A DNA stretch of 64,000 bases. Source: an uncultured cyanobacterium. GTDB lineage: Bacteria; Cyanobacteriota; Cyanobacteriia; PCC-6307; Cyanobiaceae. Positions 43,223-54,529 of this stretch are shown in pieces. Each line of letters begins with the position of its first letter. Positions within the stretch are counted from its first letter, which is position 1. Location: the NCBI GenBank assembly GCA_963765575.1, contig CAVXWZ010000001.1, positions 1 through 64,000 on the forward strand, read 5' to 3'. The position numbers and the translations under genes were made by a program. The notes under the pieces are model-generated. The model was not told where the DNA came from, did no database searches, and worked only from the letters and a program-made list of their open reading frames with translations.

Positions 43223-45073
43223 GTGCTGTCCACCCGGCCGCTGGCGGCCCTGGCCCTGCCGGCTCTGCTGCTGGCCCCTGCCCTGCGCGCCTCGCCCCTG
43301 CAGGAGCGCGATCAGCGCTTCCATGGCGTGGTGTCGGGGGGCGGGGTGGTGGCCAGCCAGGACCGGCTGGCCTCGCAGGTGGGGGTGGAGATCCTGCAAC
43401 GCGGCGGCAACGCTGTGGATGCCGCCGTGGCCGCCTCCTTCGCCCTGGCGGTGACCCTGCCCCAGGCGGGCAACCTGGGCGGTGGCGGCTTCCTGGTGCT
43501 GTGGCTGCCGGGACCGTCCCCGGCGGCCGGTCGCGGCTGCCCCACGGACGCCGAACTGGCGATCGGCGGCGGCACCGCCGTGGCGGTGAATTTCCGCGAA
43601 ACCGCGCCCGCGGCCGCCAGCGCCGCTCTGTTCCTGGCGGCTGACGGCAGCGTCGATCGTCAACGCGCCACCCGCAGCCTGCTCAGCAGCGGCGTGCCAG
43701 GCACCCCGGCGGGGCTGGTGCTGGCCCAGCGCTGCTATGGCCGTCTGCCGCTGGCATCCGCGATCGAGCCCGCCATCGCCCTGGCCGAGCAGGGCATCGT
43801 GGTGGGCCGGCCCCTGGCCGACTCCCTGCGGCGGGCAGCGCAGCTGCTGCAGGCCGACCCCACCTCACGGGCTCTCTTCTACCGGCCACCCAGCGAGCCG
43901 GGCGAGTCGCCCCGGCCCTACGCGGCCGGCGAGCGGCTGCGCCAGGGCGAGCTGGCGGTCAGCCTGCGGCGCATCGCCAACGGTGGGGAGGCGGGCTTCT
44001 ACAGCGGCCCCACCGCCGAGCGCCTGGTGGCGTTGATGCAGGCGCGCGGCGGGCTGATCACCGCCGCCGACCTGAGCGCCTACCGCGCCCAGCTGGTGCC
44101 CCCCCTGCTGGGCCGGTTCCACGGCCACCCGGTGCTCACCATGCCTCCCCCCAGCGGTGGCGGGGTGGGTCTGCTGCAGATGCTGCAGATCCTCGAGCCC
44201 CTGCCCCTGGCGGAGTGGGGTGCCGGCAGCGCCGCCAGCCTCCATCCGATGGTGGAAGCGATGAACCTGGTGTATCGCGATCGCAACCGCTGGCTGGGGG
44301 ATCCCGATCAGGTGACGATGCCGCTGCGTCGGTTGCTCAGCCGCCCCTACGCCGCCGAGCTGCGCCGGCAGATCGATCCCTCCCGCCATCGCCCTGCCGC
44401 CGAACTGGACCCCGGGCTCAGCCCACCGCACTCCGCCGGCACGAACACCACGCATCTGTCGGTGGCGGACCGCCAGGGCGGCCTGGTGGCCACCACCACC
44501 ACCCTGAATTTCGCCTATGGCAACGGCATCAGCGTGCCCGGGGCGGGCTTCCTGCTCAACAACGAGATGGACGACTTCGCCGCCGCCCCCGGCAGTCCCA
44601 ACGCCTACGGGCTGGTGCAGGGGGAGGCCAATGCCATCGCCCCGGGCCGCCGGCCCCTCAGCTCGATGTCGCCCACCCTGGTGTTCCACCCCGATGGCCG
44701 CCCCTGGCTGGCCACCGGTACGCCCGGCGGCAGCCGCATTCCCACCACCGTGCTGCAGGTCTTGCTCAACCGCCTCGTGCACGGTCACAACCTGGCCACC
44801 GCGGTGGCCAGCCCGCGCGTGCACAGCCAGCTCTGGCCCGACCGCCTCAGCCACGAGCAGGGCCTCAGCCCCGACACCCTGGCGTTGCTGGAGGCCCTTG
44901 GCCATTCCCTGGCAGCGACCCGTGCCATGGGGTCGGCCAACAGCGTTGAGCTGCTCTGGCCGACCGCTTCCGGGCCGGCCGGTCCGCCGCGGCCCATGGG
45001 CAGCCTGGGGGTCGCCGACCCCCGCCGGCCGGAGGGGGCCGTGGCGGTGGAATCGCCCTCTCCAGCACCATGA
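43223..45073 (+). CDS. ggt: Gamma-glutamyltransferase, signal-peptide bearing
   Basis: GGNAVDAAVA, GGGGF, NFRETAP, NTTHLSV (autocatalytic Thr), LNNEMDDF, RPLSSMSP, GTPGGSRI. Confidence 0.96.
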   Translation: MLSTRPLAALALPALLLAPALRASPLQERDQRFHGVVSGGGVVASQDRLASQVGVEILQRGGNAVDAAVAASFALAVTLPQAGNLGGGGFLVLWLPGPSPAAGRGCPTDAELAIGGGTAVAVNFRETAPAAASAALFLAADGSVDRQRATRSLLSSGVPGTPAGLVLAQRCYGRLPLASAIEPAIALAEQGIVVGRPLADSLRRAAQLLQADPTSRALFYRPPSEPGESPRPYAAGERLRQGELAVSLRRIANGGEAGFYSGPTAERLVALMQARGGLITAADLSAYRAQLVPPLLGRFHGHPVLTMPPPSGGGVGLLQMLQILEPLPLAEWGAGSAASLHPMVEAMNLVYRDRNRWLGDPDQVTMPLRRLLSRPYAAELRRQIDPSRHRPAAELDPGLSPPHSAGTNTTHLSVADRQGGLVATTTTLNFAYGNGISVPGAGFLLNNEMDDFAAAPGSPNAYGLVQGEANAIAPGRRPLSSMSPTLVFHPDGRPWLATGTPGGSRIPTTVLQVLLNRLVHGHNLATAVASPRVHSQLWPDRLSHEQGLSPDTLALLEALGHSLAATRAMGSANSVELLWPTASGPAGPPRPMGSLGVADPRRPEGAVAVESPSPAP

Positions 45074-45225
45074 GGGCTGCAGTGCTCGACGCGAGTCACC
45101 GGGACACATCTCAGCGGCGTTGCTGCAGCAGATGGCCTGCGCTGGGGTGCGGCACGCCTGTAGAAAGGCTGCTCTTCGATGTGGAGTGAAGAGCGGCGAT
45201 CTTCGTGATCCGCTCCTTCTTTCGC

Positions 45226-45260
45226 TTCAGTCGAGCGTTTCAGTCGAGCGCTTCAGTCGG
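45226..45260. repeat. 13-bp tandem repeat TTCAGTCGAGCGY (about 2.7 copies) overlapping the ppk2 stop
   Basis: Copies start at 45226, 45239 and 45252. Confidence 0.8.
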
Positions 45261-46179
45261 ATTCCTTCATGAGCTGCGCTTTCGCTTGTTCCAGTTCTAT
45301 TTTGGCGGCATCGCTCACTTCGGGATAGTGAAGGTCGAGTGAATCGAGGGCTTCAATAATGGCTGCTCCCACCACCACGCGGGTGAACCACTTGTTGTCG
45401 GCGGGCACCACATACCAGGGCGCCTCCTCTGTGGCGGTATGGCGGATGGTGTCTTCGTAGGCTTTCATGTAATCATCCCAGTGGCCGCGCTCGCGAATGT
45501 CGTTGGCCGAGAACTTCCAGTTTTTGTCGGGATTCTCAAGCCTCTCGAGAAAGCGCTTTTTCTGTTCGCCCTTTGACACATGCAGGAAGAACTTGCGAAT
45601 TACAATTCCATTATTGGAGAGATAGCGCTCATAGTTTCTGATGTCGCGAAAGCGATCTTTCCAGATGCCCTTGCCCACGAGTGGCTTCGGCAGGGTCTGC
45701 TTGGCAAGCAGCTCGGGATGGACGCGCACGACCAGGGTTTCTTCGTAGTAGCTGCGGTTGAAAATGCCAATTCTTCCCCGTTCGGGCAGCATGATGTTGC
45801 TGCGCCAGAGATAGTCATGATCGAGGTCCGTCGCTGAAGGAGCCTTGAACGAGCTCACCTGGCAGCCCTGGGGATTCACCCCGCTCATCACATGTTTGAT
45901 CGTCCCGTCCTTACCAGCCGCATCCATGGCCTGAAAGATCAGCAGCAGCGCCCAGCGGTCCTGGGCATAGAGCAGATCCTGAAACTGAGCGAGTAAATCC
46001 ACGCCCCGGTCCAGAGCCTCTTTGGCGCGGTTTTTGTCGCTTTTGTCGAACTGGAGCGTGTCGGCCGGATCGATAGTCTTCAAATGAAACTTCTCGCCGT
46101 CATCAACACGAAACGGTTTTGAGAAGTCCTTTGCCCGCTTAATCCGATCTTTCTGCTCACTGTCGAAGATCTTGCCCAT
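45253..46179 (-). CDS. ppk2: Polyphosphate kinase 2 (probably class III)
   Basis: [50 protein letters not shown]. Confidence 0.95.
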   Translation of the reverse strand: MGKIFDSEQKDRIKRAKDFSKPFRVDDGEKFHLKTIDPADTLQFDKSDKNRAKEALDRGVDLLAQFQDLLYAQDRWALLLIFQAMDAAGKDGTIKHVMSGVNPQGCQVSSFKAPSATDLDHDYLWRSNIMLPERGRIGIFNRSYYEETLVVRVHPELLAKQTLPKPLVGKGIWKDRFRDIRNYERYLSNNGIVIRKFFLHVSKGEQKKRFLERLENPDKNWKFSANDIRERGHWDDYMKAYEDTIRHTATEEAPWYVVPADNKWFTRVVVGAAIIEALDSLDLHYPEVSDAAKIELEQAKAQLMKESD

Positions 46180-46440
46180 GGTGGCTGCTTCTGGCTGCGC
46201 TCAGTCTGTTGATCAGCAGCTGACGTCACCTGCTTTGGTAGGAAAACGTTGTGTGGATCTTTTCCGCCGCCGAGGTGGAGATCAATGGAATCCAGTCGAA
46301 AGACATCAAGAAATCCTCACCGTCAGCCTGCTGGTCTGGCCGGTGAGCCGCCGGCTGGCCCTGCCGCCGGCCTTCCTCGGTGCCGGAGCGCTGCTGAGCG
46401 CGCTGGTGGGGAACCTGATTGTCCTTATGGACGGAGCGGC

Positions 46441-47060
46441 TCAAGGTGTCTGGGTCCTGAACTCTTCTGGTGTAATTCCTTTGGCATTGTAAAACATTCT
46501 GCTGAGGTGAATGTGGCTGGCAAAACCACATTCGAGCGCCACACCAAGGATGGGCTGGTCGCTTTTCCGTAGAAGCTGCCTGGCGTGTTCCACTCGCTGC
46601 TGAATGACATACCGATGCGGCGTGATCAGATCATCGAACATCGTCTGGCAGAGATTGGTCAATGAACTCCAGAACTCGATTCAGTCGAACTGGTGGAAGC
46701 CCGCTTTCGTAGTACTGCTTCGCCAGCACACCGGCGAGCGAGTCCAGATGTAAACGGCTTGTTGGTTGAGGTTGATGCAGTTCCGCGGCCAGTAGGCTGC
46801 TTATGGCTTCAAGCTGGGGATTTCGGCTTTGAACTGTGGGAACCAGACCAAGCTCATTGGCATGCATCCCCATCTCCTCTTGCGCGACTCGCTCCAGGAA
46901 GGAGGCTGAGAGCTGGATCTGCAGGCAATTCTCATCGCCTTTCCATCGCACACAGAGCGGCATTCCCGCGGGCGTGACCAACAGGTCACCATGGTGGTAG
47001 GTCTTGGAGTGGGTCCTGCCATCGTGAATCCACATGACCTCTGATGCCAGGTTCCCAGCA
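46441..47060 (-). pseudogene. AraC-family regulator remnant split across frames
   Basis: N-part GDLLVTPAG..W..LQIQL..FL; C-part PHRYVIQQRVEHARQLL..VALECGF..HLSRMF..GITPEEFR. Confidence 0.8.
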
Positions 47061-47109
47061 CTGGCACTGGGCGTGTGGCTTCCCGTCATGCGGCAGGAGC
47101 AGAACCCAA

Positions 47110-47290
47110 CCTACAGAGCGATGAAGCTCAGCGCTGCCACCGCTCCAGCAAGGGTGTCGCCCAGCCTCATCACGGCCTTGCGAATCGACGCTCCGCCCGT
47201 GTTGAGGGACAGCGCCACCACCGAAAACCTGGCCAGTCAGGCGCTGCCAATGGTTGCCAAGGGCCACGGCGTCTGGCCCGCACAAGGGCC
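47110..47290 (-). pseudogene. FUSC-family exporter N-terminal fragment
   Basis: DWPGFSVVALSLNTGGASIRKAVMRLGDTLAGAVAALSFIAL* resembles the FUSC helix 1-2 motif; frameshifted and truncated. Confidence 0.55.
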
Positions 47291-47354
47291 TGGGTTGTGC
47301 TCAGGCTGAGCCGAAGCGCTGGGGAGATGGGCAGACGAAGGGAGGTGATCCCCA

Positions 47355-49043
47355 TCACGGTGATTCTGAAATGGCCACGCTCATGGCGGTGATCGCTTTT
47401 TTGACGCTGGAGAAGCTTCCGAGCGTTTCATCGCGGCCGCCCAATCCGAAGCGTTCCATTTCTTTCTTCATCGTCTTCGACACCGTCACCACTGCGGTTC
47501 GAACACCTTTGTCCTGTAGCTGCCTGCGGAGTTGCTGGAGGGCCTTGCCTGCGGAGAAGTCGATGTCGTCGATACCAGAGGCGTCGATCACCAGGCCCTT
47601 CACCGCCTCCTTCTGCATGGTGAGGATCTTCAGCACTTCATCGGTGAACCGGCTGGCGTTAGCGTAGAAGAGGTTGGCCTCAAAGCGGTAGGCCACGATG
47701 CCGGGTGCTGCCAGGACGCCTGGCGCCACCGGCACGGTTTGCCAGCCCTGGCCCTCCGCATTGGGGGACCACAACCGGGTGCGGGGACGGTAGGTGTGGC
47801 GCACCTGCTCGATCAGAGAGAGCACCACGGCGAGCGCGATGCCCTGCATCACACCGATCTGGGCCACGGTGACCACCGTCGCCAGGGCGATGACAAACTC
47901 GCCGCGCCGCAGCCGCCAGAGTTCGCGCAGTCCGGCCAGGTCGATCAACTTCAGGCCGATCAGAAACACGATCGTGGAGAGCACCACGGCCGGCATCAGG
48001 GCGAGCGGGCCGGTGAGGAACAGCAGCACCAGCAGCACGATAACGACTGTGCTCAGCTGGGCGATCTGGCTGCGGCCCCCGGCGGCATCCACCATCTCGG
48101 TCTTGGTAGGGCTGCCGTTCACCACGAAGGTGCCACTCAGCCCCGCCGCCAGGTTGGCGCAGCCCAGCCCGATCAGATTGATGTTCTCGTTGCAGCCCTC
48201 GTCGTAGCGCTGGGCGTAGGCCCGGGAGGTGGCGGCACTCTGGGCCAGGATCACCACGAAGCAGGAGGCGGCCGTGAGCAGCACCTGGTTCCACTGGGAG
48301 GCTTCCAGCCTGGGAAAACTGAAGCTGGGAAGACCGCCTGGAACGGATCCCACGATCGGAAGACCGTGGGCCTGCAGATCGAACAAGGCACTGAGTCCGA
48401 TGCTGCCGACCACGGCGATCAGCGCCCCGGGGATGCGGGGATTCCACAATCGGCAGCCCGCGATCACGGCGACGATTGCCAGGGCGGCCAGCAGATGGGC
48501 GGGGCGAGACTCTCCAAGCCGTGTGATCACCGAAGCCAGTTGCTGCAGCGCGCCGCTGCCCTGTCTGGGGAGCCCGAAGAGGCCGCCCAGCTCCCCGGTC
48601 GCCACCTGCAGGCCGATGCCGGTGAGCAGACCGATCAGGGCACTGCGTGAGAGGAAATCAGCCAGAAAGCCCAACCGCAGGACTGCCGCCAGCAGCAGCA
48701 GCAGCCCCACCACGATGGCCACGGCCATGGTGAGGCCGAGGTATTCGGGCGATTGGGGCGCCGCCATGCCCAGCAGCGTGGCGGCCAGGATCGCCGCGGT
48801 GGCGGAGTCGGCCGCCACCACCAGATGCCGCGAACTGCCCAGCAGCGCGAAGGCCACCATCGGCAGCAGCATGGTGTAGAGCCCAGTGACGACGGGCGTC
48901 TGGGAGATTCGGGTGTAGCCCATCACCTCGGGGATGGCCAGGGCCGCCAGGGTGAGGCCAGCGATCACGTCGGCCCCCAGTTGCTCACGCCGCAGCGGCA
49001 GCAGTCCGGCAGGGCGGGGCAGATGACGCAGCAGGGGACTCAT
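47355..49043 (-). CDS. SulP/SLC26 anion transporter with STAS domain
   Basis: DVIAGLTLAALAIPEVMGY, GSSRHL..DS, NGSPTKT, LFYANA, DASGIDDIDFSA. Confidence 0.95.
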   Translation of the reverse strand: MSPLLRHLPRPAGLLPLRREQLGADVIAGLTLAALAIPEVMGYTRISQTPVVTGLYTMLLPMVAFALLGSSRHLVVAADSATAAILAATLLGMAAPQSPEYLGLTMAVAIVVGLLLLLAAVLRLGFLADFLSRSALIGLLTGIGLQVATGELGGLFGLPRQGSGALQQLASVITRLGESRPAHLLAALAIVAVIAGCRLWNPRIPGALIAVVGSIGLSALFDLQAHGLPIVGSVPGGLPSFSFPRLEASQWNQVLLTAASCFVVILAQSAATSRAYAQRYDEGCNENINLIGLGCANLAAGLSGTFVVNGSPTKTEMVDAAGGRSQIAQLSTVVIVLLVLLFLTGPLALMPAVVLSTIVFLIGLKLIDLAGLRELWRLRRGEFVIALATVVTVAQIGVMQGIALAVVLSLIEQVRHTYRPRTRLWSPNAEGQGWQTVPVAPGVLAAPGIVAYRFEANLFYANASRFTDEVLKILTMQKEAVKGLVIDASGIDDIDFSAGKALQQLRRQLQDKGVRTAVVTVSKTMKKEMERFGLGGRDETLGSFSSVKKAITAMSVAISESP

Positions 49044-49620
49044 GGGGCAGCCGAGATGGAGTGATGGGAGCCTGATTCTGGCCGATGCAACGTCAAGGTG
49101 AGGCAGTTCTTGGCCACGCCCACCAGCAGGCGGTGCTCCAGAATGCCATCAGGTTGCCCAGCGCAGCTCTGTCGCATGTTGATAAACGGCTGCGAAACCC
49201 CCGGAGATCATCAGAAGGACCACGGTGCACAGGAGTGTCATCAACATCGCCAGGAGCACCTGGCGGAGAATCAGAGGGGATTTCCCCTGGGCTTGCAGCA
49301 GCAGATTGTCGAGGGGAATGGGCCCGGGCGGCTTCTGTGGGTGCCTGGCTTTCAGCCGTGATCAGCAGGCTCAGCATCACGGAGAGCATCTCCAGGCTCA
49401 GCAGGTCCTTGAAGAGAAATGAATATCTACGGGAGCGCATGAAGCAGGCGTGTCCTTGTGGAGTTTCGCAGGTTCCGTTGAATGTCGTTGGGAGGCCGTT
49501 GGCCCGCCTGCACCGGTCGGAATAGGGTGATCGAAAGGACCACCGGGGCCTGATCCCTGGCTGCGGGGACCACTGACTCTGCAGCTGCTGATCCCTGCCA
49601 ACAGCTATCCCCGGGTCTGA

Positions 49621-50730
49621 TCATGGATTGGGTTGGCCAGAGGGAGCCGTTGAATCCGGAGAGCTGATATTCTGGTAGTCAAAAATGTCGATGGGTACAA
49701 TTCGAATCGTGAGTTTCATGGTGTCAATTCCCATCGCTCTAACCGCCTCATAGAGGCGTTGATCAAGATTGTCGATATTATCCTGATCCTCGATGAAATC
49801 CTTGTTTGCCGAGCCAAGAATATTAACGTAGGCTATGCCATTGACAAGCTTTGTGTCTACGTGATGAATGAGATTGATGTTTCGATAGGCACCTTCTCTG
49901 TGCAGACTGTGCAAGACGAGCTGCACTCTGTTGTCAAGTGCAAACTCGTGCAGTGAGGCTGTGAGGGGTCGTGACAGCAAGATGACCACGATGAGGCCCA
50001 GTGCCAGTGATTGAAGGGATTTTCGAAGGCTCCCATAGGATTGATAGATCAACACCAAGCAAGACGAGAGTGTAATTCCGATAAGATTAGCCAGGAAGAG
50101 CAGGAAAGAACCTCCTGCAATATCGAGATTCGAAACATAAAAGTGCCCAACCGTTCCCGTTAAGGTGCTTCCACCTGCGAGCCCTATGCCAACAACGCAT
50201 AGGGGAGGAATCAGAGCCACGGCAATCGCCACTCCTGCAATGGAACTGGCAATGCTCTTGCGCGTGAGCGAAAATGCTCCTGCGGCCCCAGCAGCCATGG
50301 CAATGCCTAGATCCAGCGTCGTTGGACGCGTTCTGCTGAGGACTTCTGAACCAACAACATCCCACGGCGTAATCCCCACGACCAAGGCTGCAACCATGAC
50401 GGCCAGGATTGACCCGATCACAATGGTTAATCCTGAACGCAGGACAAGGACCCCATTGGCTGTGACAATGGCAAAAGAAAGGCTTAAAATGGGATTCATT
50501 AGTGGTGCTACGATCATGGCCCCGATGATCACAGCAGCACTGTTTGCGATCAGTCCCAAGGTGGCAATAACTGAAGCCAGGATGATGAGAAAAAAGAAAC
50601 CAAACGAGGGAATCGATCCAGCTTCTCGAGATTCCGCTAGTTCTTGAGTTGGAATTCTCGCCTCAAGGCTGATAGTCCATGAAGCTGTAACTGTTTGAAT
50701 GGTATTCCAGAATTTAGCCTGTAGTTTCAT
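49621..50730 (-). CDS. DUF389/TIGR00341-family membrane protein
   Basis: GLIANSAAVIIGAMIVAPLMNPI, RTRPTTLDL, AGVAIAVALIPPL. Confidence 0.9.
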   Translation of the reverse strand: MKLQAKFWNTIQTVTASWTISLEARIPTQELAESREAGSIPSFGFFFLIILASVIATLGLIANSAAVIIGAMIVAPLMNPILSLSFAIVTANGVLVLRSGLTIVIGSILAVMVAALVVGITPWDVVGSEVLSRTRPTTLDLGIAMAAGAAGAFSLTRKSIASSIAGVAIAVALIPPLCVVGIGLAGGSTLTGTVGHFYVSNLDIAGGSFLLFLANLIGITLSSCLVLIYQSYGSLRKSLQSLALGLIVVILLSRPLTASLHEFALDNRVQLVLHSLHREGAYRNINLIHHVDTKLVNGIAYVNILGSANKDFIEDQDNIDNLDQRLYEAVRAMGIDTMKLTIRIVPIDIFDYQNISSPDSTAPSGQPNP

Positions 50731-50744
50731 GGATAAGAGTTGTT

Positions 50745-52613
50745 CTATTGACCATCGGTGAAGGAGGGCAGTTGCATCAATTCCAAACGAGGGGCACCAA
50801 CAGAGATACCAGCATCATCCAGAGCTATCTTGAGACGACGGCGGAATTCGCGTCCCACTGGCCACTGCTCAAAGGTCTTTGTCTTGATCAGTATCCTTAT
50901 TAGTACGCCCTGATGAGCGATATCATCAACACCCAGTAACTCTGGAGCTTCCAGAATACTATCTGACCAATCAGGGTCATGAAAAAGATCAGTGGCCACA
51001 CTGGATATCACGCCCATCGCCTGATCAATATCTTCTGACACTGCAATCTGAATTGTATGGTTGACACGTGCCCACGAACTCGTTAGGTTCTTGATGACTC
51101 CAATCACCCCATTGGGAATCGAAATCAGTTCACCATCAAGATTTCGAAGCTGAGTAACTCTTAATGTCATGCGTTCGACCAATCCTGAGTTATCATCAAT
51201 GACGACGACATCGCCAACTGCCAGCTGATCTTCAATTAAGATCAGCAAACCATTAATGAGATCTCGAATCAGGTTCTGCGACGCAAGAGAAAGTGCAAAG
51301 CTAAAGAAACCGAGGACGACTGTTACGGTCTGAGTGAATGCGCCTAGGTTGTGAAGGTGATAAAAAATGATAACTCCGACAAGTAAGTAAATTGTTATCC
51401 TTAGCCATGCCTTGAGCGCTGATGCAAGTGTGGGGACCCGGAATCTCATGCGTTCATTCGTCTGGTTCTGAAGCCAGTTTGCGACATAGAGGTCACACAG
51501 TGCATTCCCTATCTTTATCGCCAGAAGCATGGCAACAACCACAACTAGGATGAGCAGAGGAGGACCGATTGTCGCCTCTCTCCCTACGCTCATCACCCAG
51601 TCGAGTGGGGCAAACCGCGCCTCTCTAGCCGATAATGTCTTGTCTAGGTCGCGAATTGAGATGCCCAGGATAAAATTCCCTACTGGTCTTGTAAAGAAGA
51701 ATTTTCCAGCCAGCCATGCGGCCCCCATCATCCACAGGAGCCACTGGCCCCAGTACAACAATGAAAGCCATAGTTTCAGCAAACTGATTTTTGCTCGCCT
51801 TCGAATACTGGCTCTTCGCAGTAAGCGACTCTTTGAATCAATGTCTGAGTCGCTAATGTCATCGGAGCGACTAATGGAATCATCTCTTTGCCGTTGCGTT
51901 CGAATATTTACATCAAGCCTATCTGCGGAGCTTATCACCAAGCTTCCACATCCCCGTGCTGATAACAATCAGAATCCCGAGAGCCAGGAGGGATTCCTTC
52001 AGTGCCGAAAGCAGATAAGGCTTCTGTCTTTCTTCCCATGCATCAAGCAAAATAGGTTTTGCTACCGCGGCTGATCTCTGCACGATTGCACCAGGAGCTG
52101 AGCTAAGTTCGCGAACCCTTGCGACATCGGCAGAGGTCGTTGTGTAGATCAGTTCAGGTGGATCACCCTTTGGAAATTCAATCATTAATCTGGCTTCGCC
52201 CGAGGTCTGTTTAACGTAGAACTGCAACTGATCGTCTAGTATCCGCCTCTGTTCTGCAACGTCTGTGATGCCATCTCTTCTCAACAAATTCGAGCTGACA
52301 CTCAAATTCTGCAGGTATCTCTGCAATCGTCCGTGAACAATATAGCTGCGTTCTTGCGACGTAAGTTCTGGCGCCTTGTCTGAGCCGCTAGCAATATTAA
52401 TGTCTCCTGACATAATAGATATAGCTTTGCCGTCGAGAAAAAGAGGTGATACTTCGATGTTCCCTTGTCTAAATGTAGGGATAATCTGTGGGGCTTGGAT
52501 CTTTCCTGCCGCCGGTTGCATGCCAGGAATTAGTTGTGCTGCCACTGGCGGCGCCAACAGGATCAGGACAGAAAAACCAACGAGAAAAGCCCTGCAGAGT
52601 GTGAACTTAATCA
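50745..52613 (-). pseudogene. MscS-family channel with N-terminal periplasmic domain, split by a +1 frameshift at ~51927 (may be sequencing error)
   Basis: Signal-peptide ORF (to KLGDKL) continues as ADRLDVNIR if one C is removed from CTCCGCA; C-part has EDQLAVGD, LRVTQLRNLDGEL, QWPVGREFRRR. Confidence 0.78.
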
Positions 52614-52862
52614 TTCTTCTATTGGGCTGCCGGGGGTGTGGAAGGGCGCCTTCGCTTTGACTGTAGACACAATCCTCGAATAATGTCACGGACTACCTGT
52701 CTGCGCGGCGTTTCTGTTGCAAGTGCAACGGTGCAACCACCCGGTGGTTGCTCTGTTCTTGCAATGTAATAAACCTGAATGTAATCCTTGAGAGCTGTCG
52801 GGCCTCAACCGGGGCTCCTCCATTCATTGGTCGGTCTTTGGCACAGAGATGAAAATAGCTAA

Positions 52863-53999
52863 TCAAGTCAGCCGCTGCTCTTGTTCGTTGTCAACGGCGT
52901 TGCGATAGGCGCTGATGAAGTGGTTGGGGCCGATATCTCCAATTGTAGACGTAAAGGTCCAGGGCTCACCTGTGTGCACATACACAAGATTCCTTGCGCG
53001 CGTCGGCGGCAGCTTGGGCACCAGATCTGCCTGATTCACCACCCTGTAGGCGTTCGGAACCCTGCTGCTGAATGCCTCCGCGAAGACTGGATCCCCCAGC
53101 CGGGGAGCAGCGTAGGTATAGAGCCTGAGGTTGTTGCGGAGGGCTGGGACCTTCTGCGCAATGTCCCAGGCGGCCAGGCTGGCCAACGGTGCACCAAGGC
53201 TGTGACCTGAGAGGTAGAGGGGCTTTGACCCATCCAGTTCTTCCACCGCCTGGATCACGGCCTTGCTGATGCGGCCGTAGATCGTGGCGAAGCCGCGGTG
53301 AACCGCCCCGAGAAAGTCAAACTCGGGTACATCACCACTCACCACCTGCCTGGCGTTGATGGTCTGCAGCCATTCGTGGCCGCGCTGAGTTCCTCGAAGC
53401 ACCAGGATGTGATGCCTTGGGCCTGTGAGCACGTAGCCCCAATACACTGGGTAGCTCCACTGCATCACCAAGGCCTGGCTTGCGATCCCCTGGATCCGGC
53501 TGCGAATCAGGTTGACGCCTGCCACCAGGGGATCCTGCTTCTGCCGGTCGTTGATGGGAACGCGCTTTTCGGCTGTCACCATGTCCGGCCCCTTGATGGA
53601 GGCCACCTGCCGGTAGCCGGAGAAGCGCTTCTCGTAACTGGGTAAGCTTGCGATGGCGCCTTGGTAGCGAAGGTTGAACTTGCCGGTGAGGTATTGCTCC
53701 GTTCCCAGGCGACTGGCCAGGATCAGCGTCTTGGAGATTGAGCGTTCATAGGGAACGATGGGCGCTGTGAGGCTCAACTCGGAGAGGATGCGTTGAACCT
53801 CCGCGGTGGATTCCAGATCCCCTTCGATGGCCTGGTTGACAGCCTTCTCAACCGCTTGAGGGTCGTTGAGTACCTGGTTTGTGAGCTTGGCCTGTTGGGA
53901 GAGAATGGTCCTTTGCCGCAGAGCACTGCCCACACCCGTAGCCAAGCTGCCAAGGCCGAGGGCCGCCAGAAGAACCTGTCGTCGCCTCCATTCAGGCAT
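52863..53999 (-). CDS. Class 3 lipase with twin-arginine-like signal peptide
   Basis: WRRRQVLLAALG N-terminus; LRGT, VHRGF, GHSLG, YAAPRLG, VNQADLVP, NH. Confidence 0.88.
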   Translation of the reverse strand: MPEWRRRQVLLAALGLGSLATGVGSALRQRTILSQQAKLTNQVLNDPQAVEKAVNQAIEGDLESTAEVQRILSELSLTAPIVPYERSISKTLILASRLGTEQYLTGKFNLRYQGAIASLPSYEKRFSGYRQVASIKGPDMVTAEKRVPINDRQKQDPLVAGVNLIRSRIQGIASQALVMQWSYPVYWGYVLTGPRHHILVLRGTQRGHEWLQTINARQVVSGDVPEFDFLGAVHRGFATIYGRISKAVIQAVEELDGSKPLYLSGHSLGAPLASLAAWDIAQKVPALRNNLRLYTYAAPRLGDPVFAEAFSSRVPNAYRVVNQADLVPKLPPTRARNLVYVHTGEPWTFTSTIGDIGPNHFISAYRNAVDNEQEQRLT

Positions 54000-54453
54000 T
54001 GCTGATCCCCATGGACGCCCGCGAACGGCGACGCAGCAAGCCATTCATGAAGAACGTATTGAACGCAGCTCCCAGGGTCCAGGCTCCGCTCATCAGGGCT
54101 GCCGACAGGGCAAGGCTTTCGATGCCAGGAACCATCGCACCGAGAAATTCCAGGGATACCCAGGCCAGCAGCGCGATTGCGCATGCGCCCAGGGTGTTGA
54201 CCAATTGGCCGAGTGCTGAGATCGGGTTGAAGTTGACCGCGAAGCCCCACTGGCGCCCGACGTCCCAGACCATCTTCGTCACCAACAGTGTGGTGATCAC
54301 CATGACTGGGGTCAAAAAATCACGAAAGAGTCCCAGAACTGCCAGTCCTATGGCATAGTCCACAACCATCTCCTGCACCGCCTCGTATCTCCGCAGTAGG
54401 CCTTGCTCCACGAGCTTGGTGTGTTCAGCGTCCGCGCTCTGGCCTCGTTGCAT
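53992..54453 (-). CDS. Small membrane protein (DUF697-like)
   Basis: Hydrophobic helices with VVDYA..LGL and KMVWDVGRQWG; 8-nt overlap with the lipase gene. Confidence 0.55.
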   Translation of the reverse strand: MQRGQSADAEHTKLVEQGLLRRYEAVQEMVVDYAIGLAVLGLFRDFLTPVMVITTLLVTKMVWDVGRQWGFAVNFNPISALGQLVNTLGACAIALLAWVSLEFLGAMVPGIESLALSAALMSGAWTLGAAFNTFFMNGLLRRRSRASMGISNA

Positions 54454-54529
54454 CGTGATGAATGGAGTTAATAGATCCTAGCAGTCGTGGTATCTTATGT
54501 GTCGAAAGGTGTTTACTGGCTCGCGCTCG

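Noticed and set aside
46180..46440. Short ORFs between ppk2 and the AraC relic
   Set aside because: Only a brief hydrophobic fragment; no family recognised
49060..49620. Short ORFs between SulP and DUF389
   Set aside because: Hydrophobic fragments in several frames suggest a decayed membrane gene, but I could not assign it
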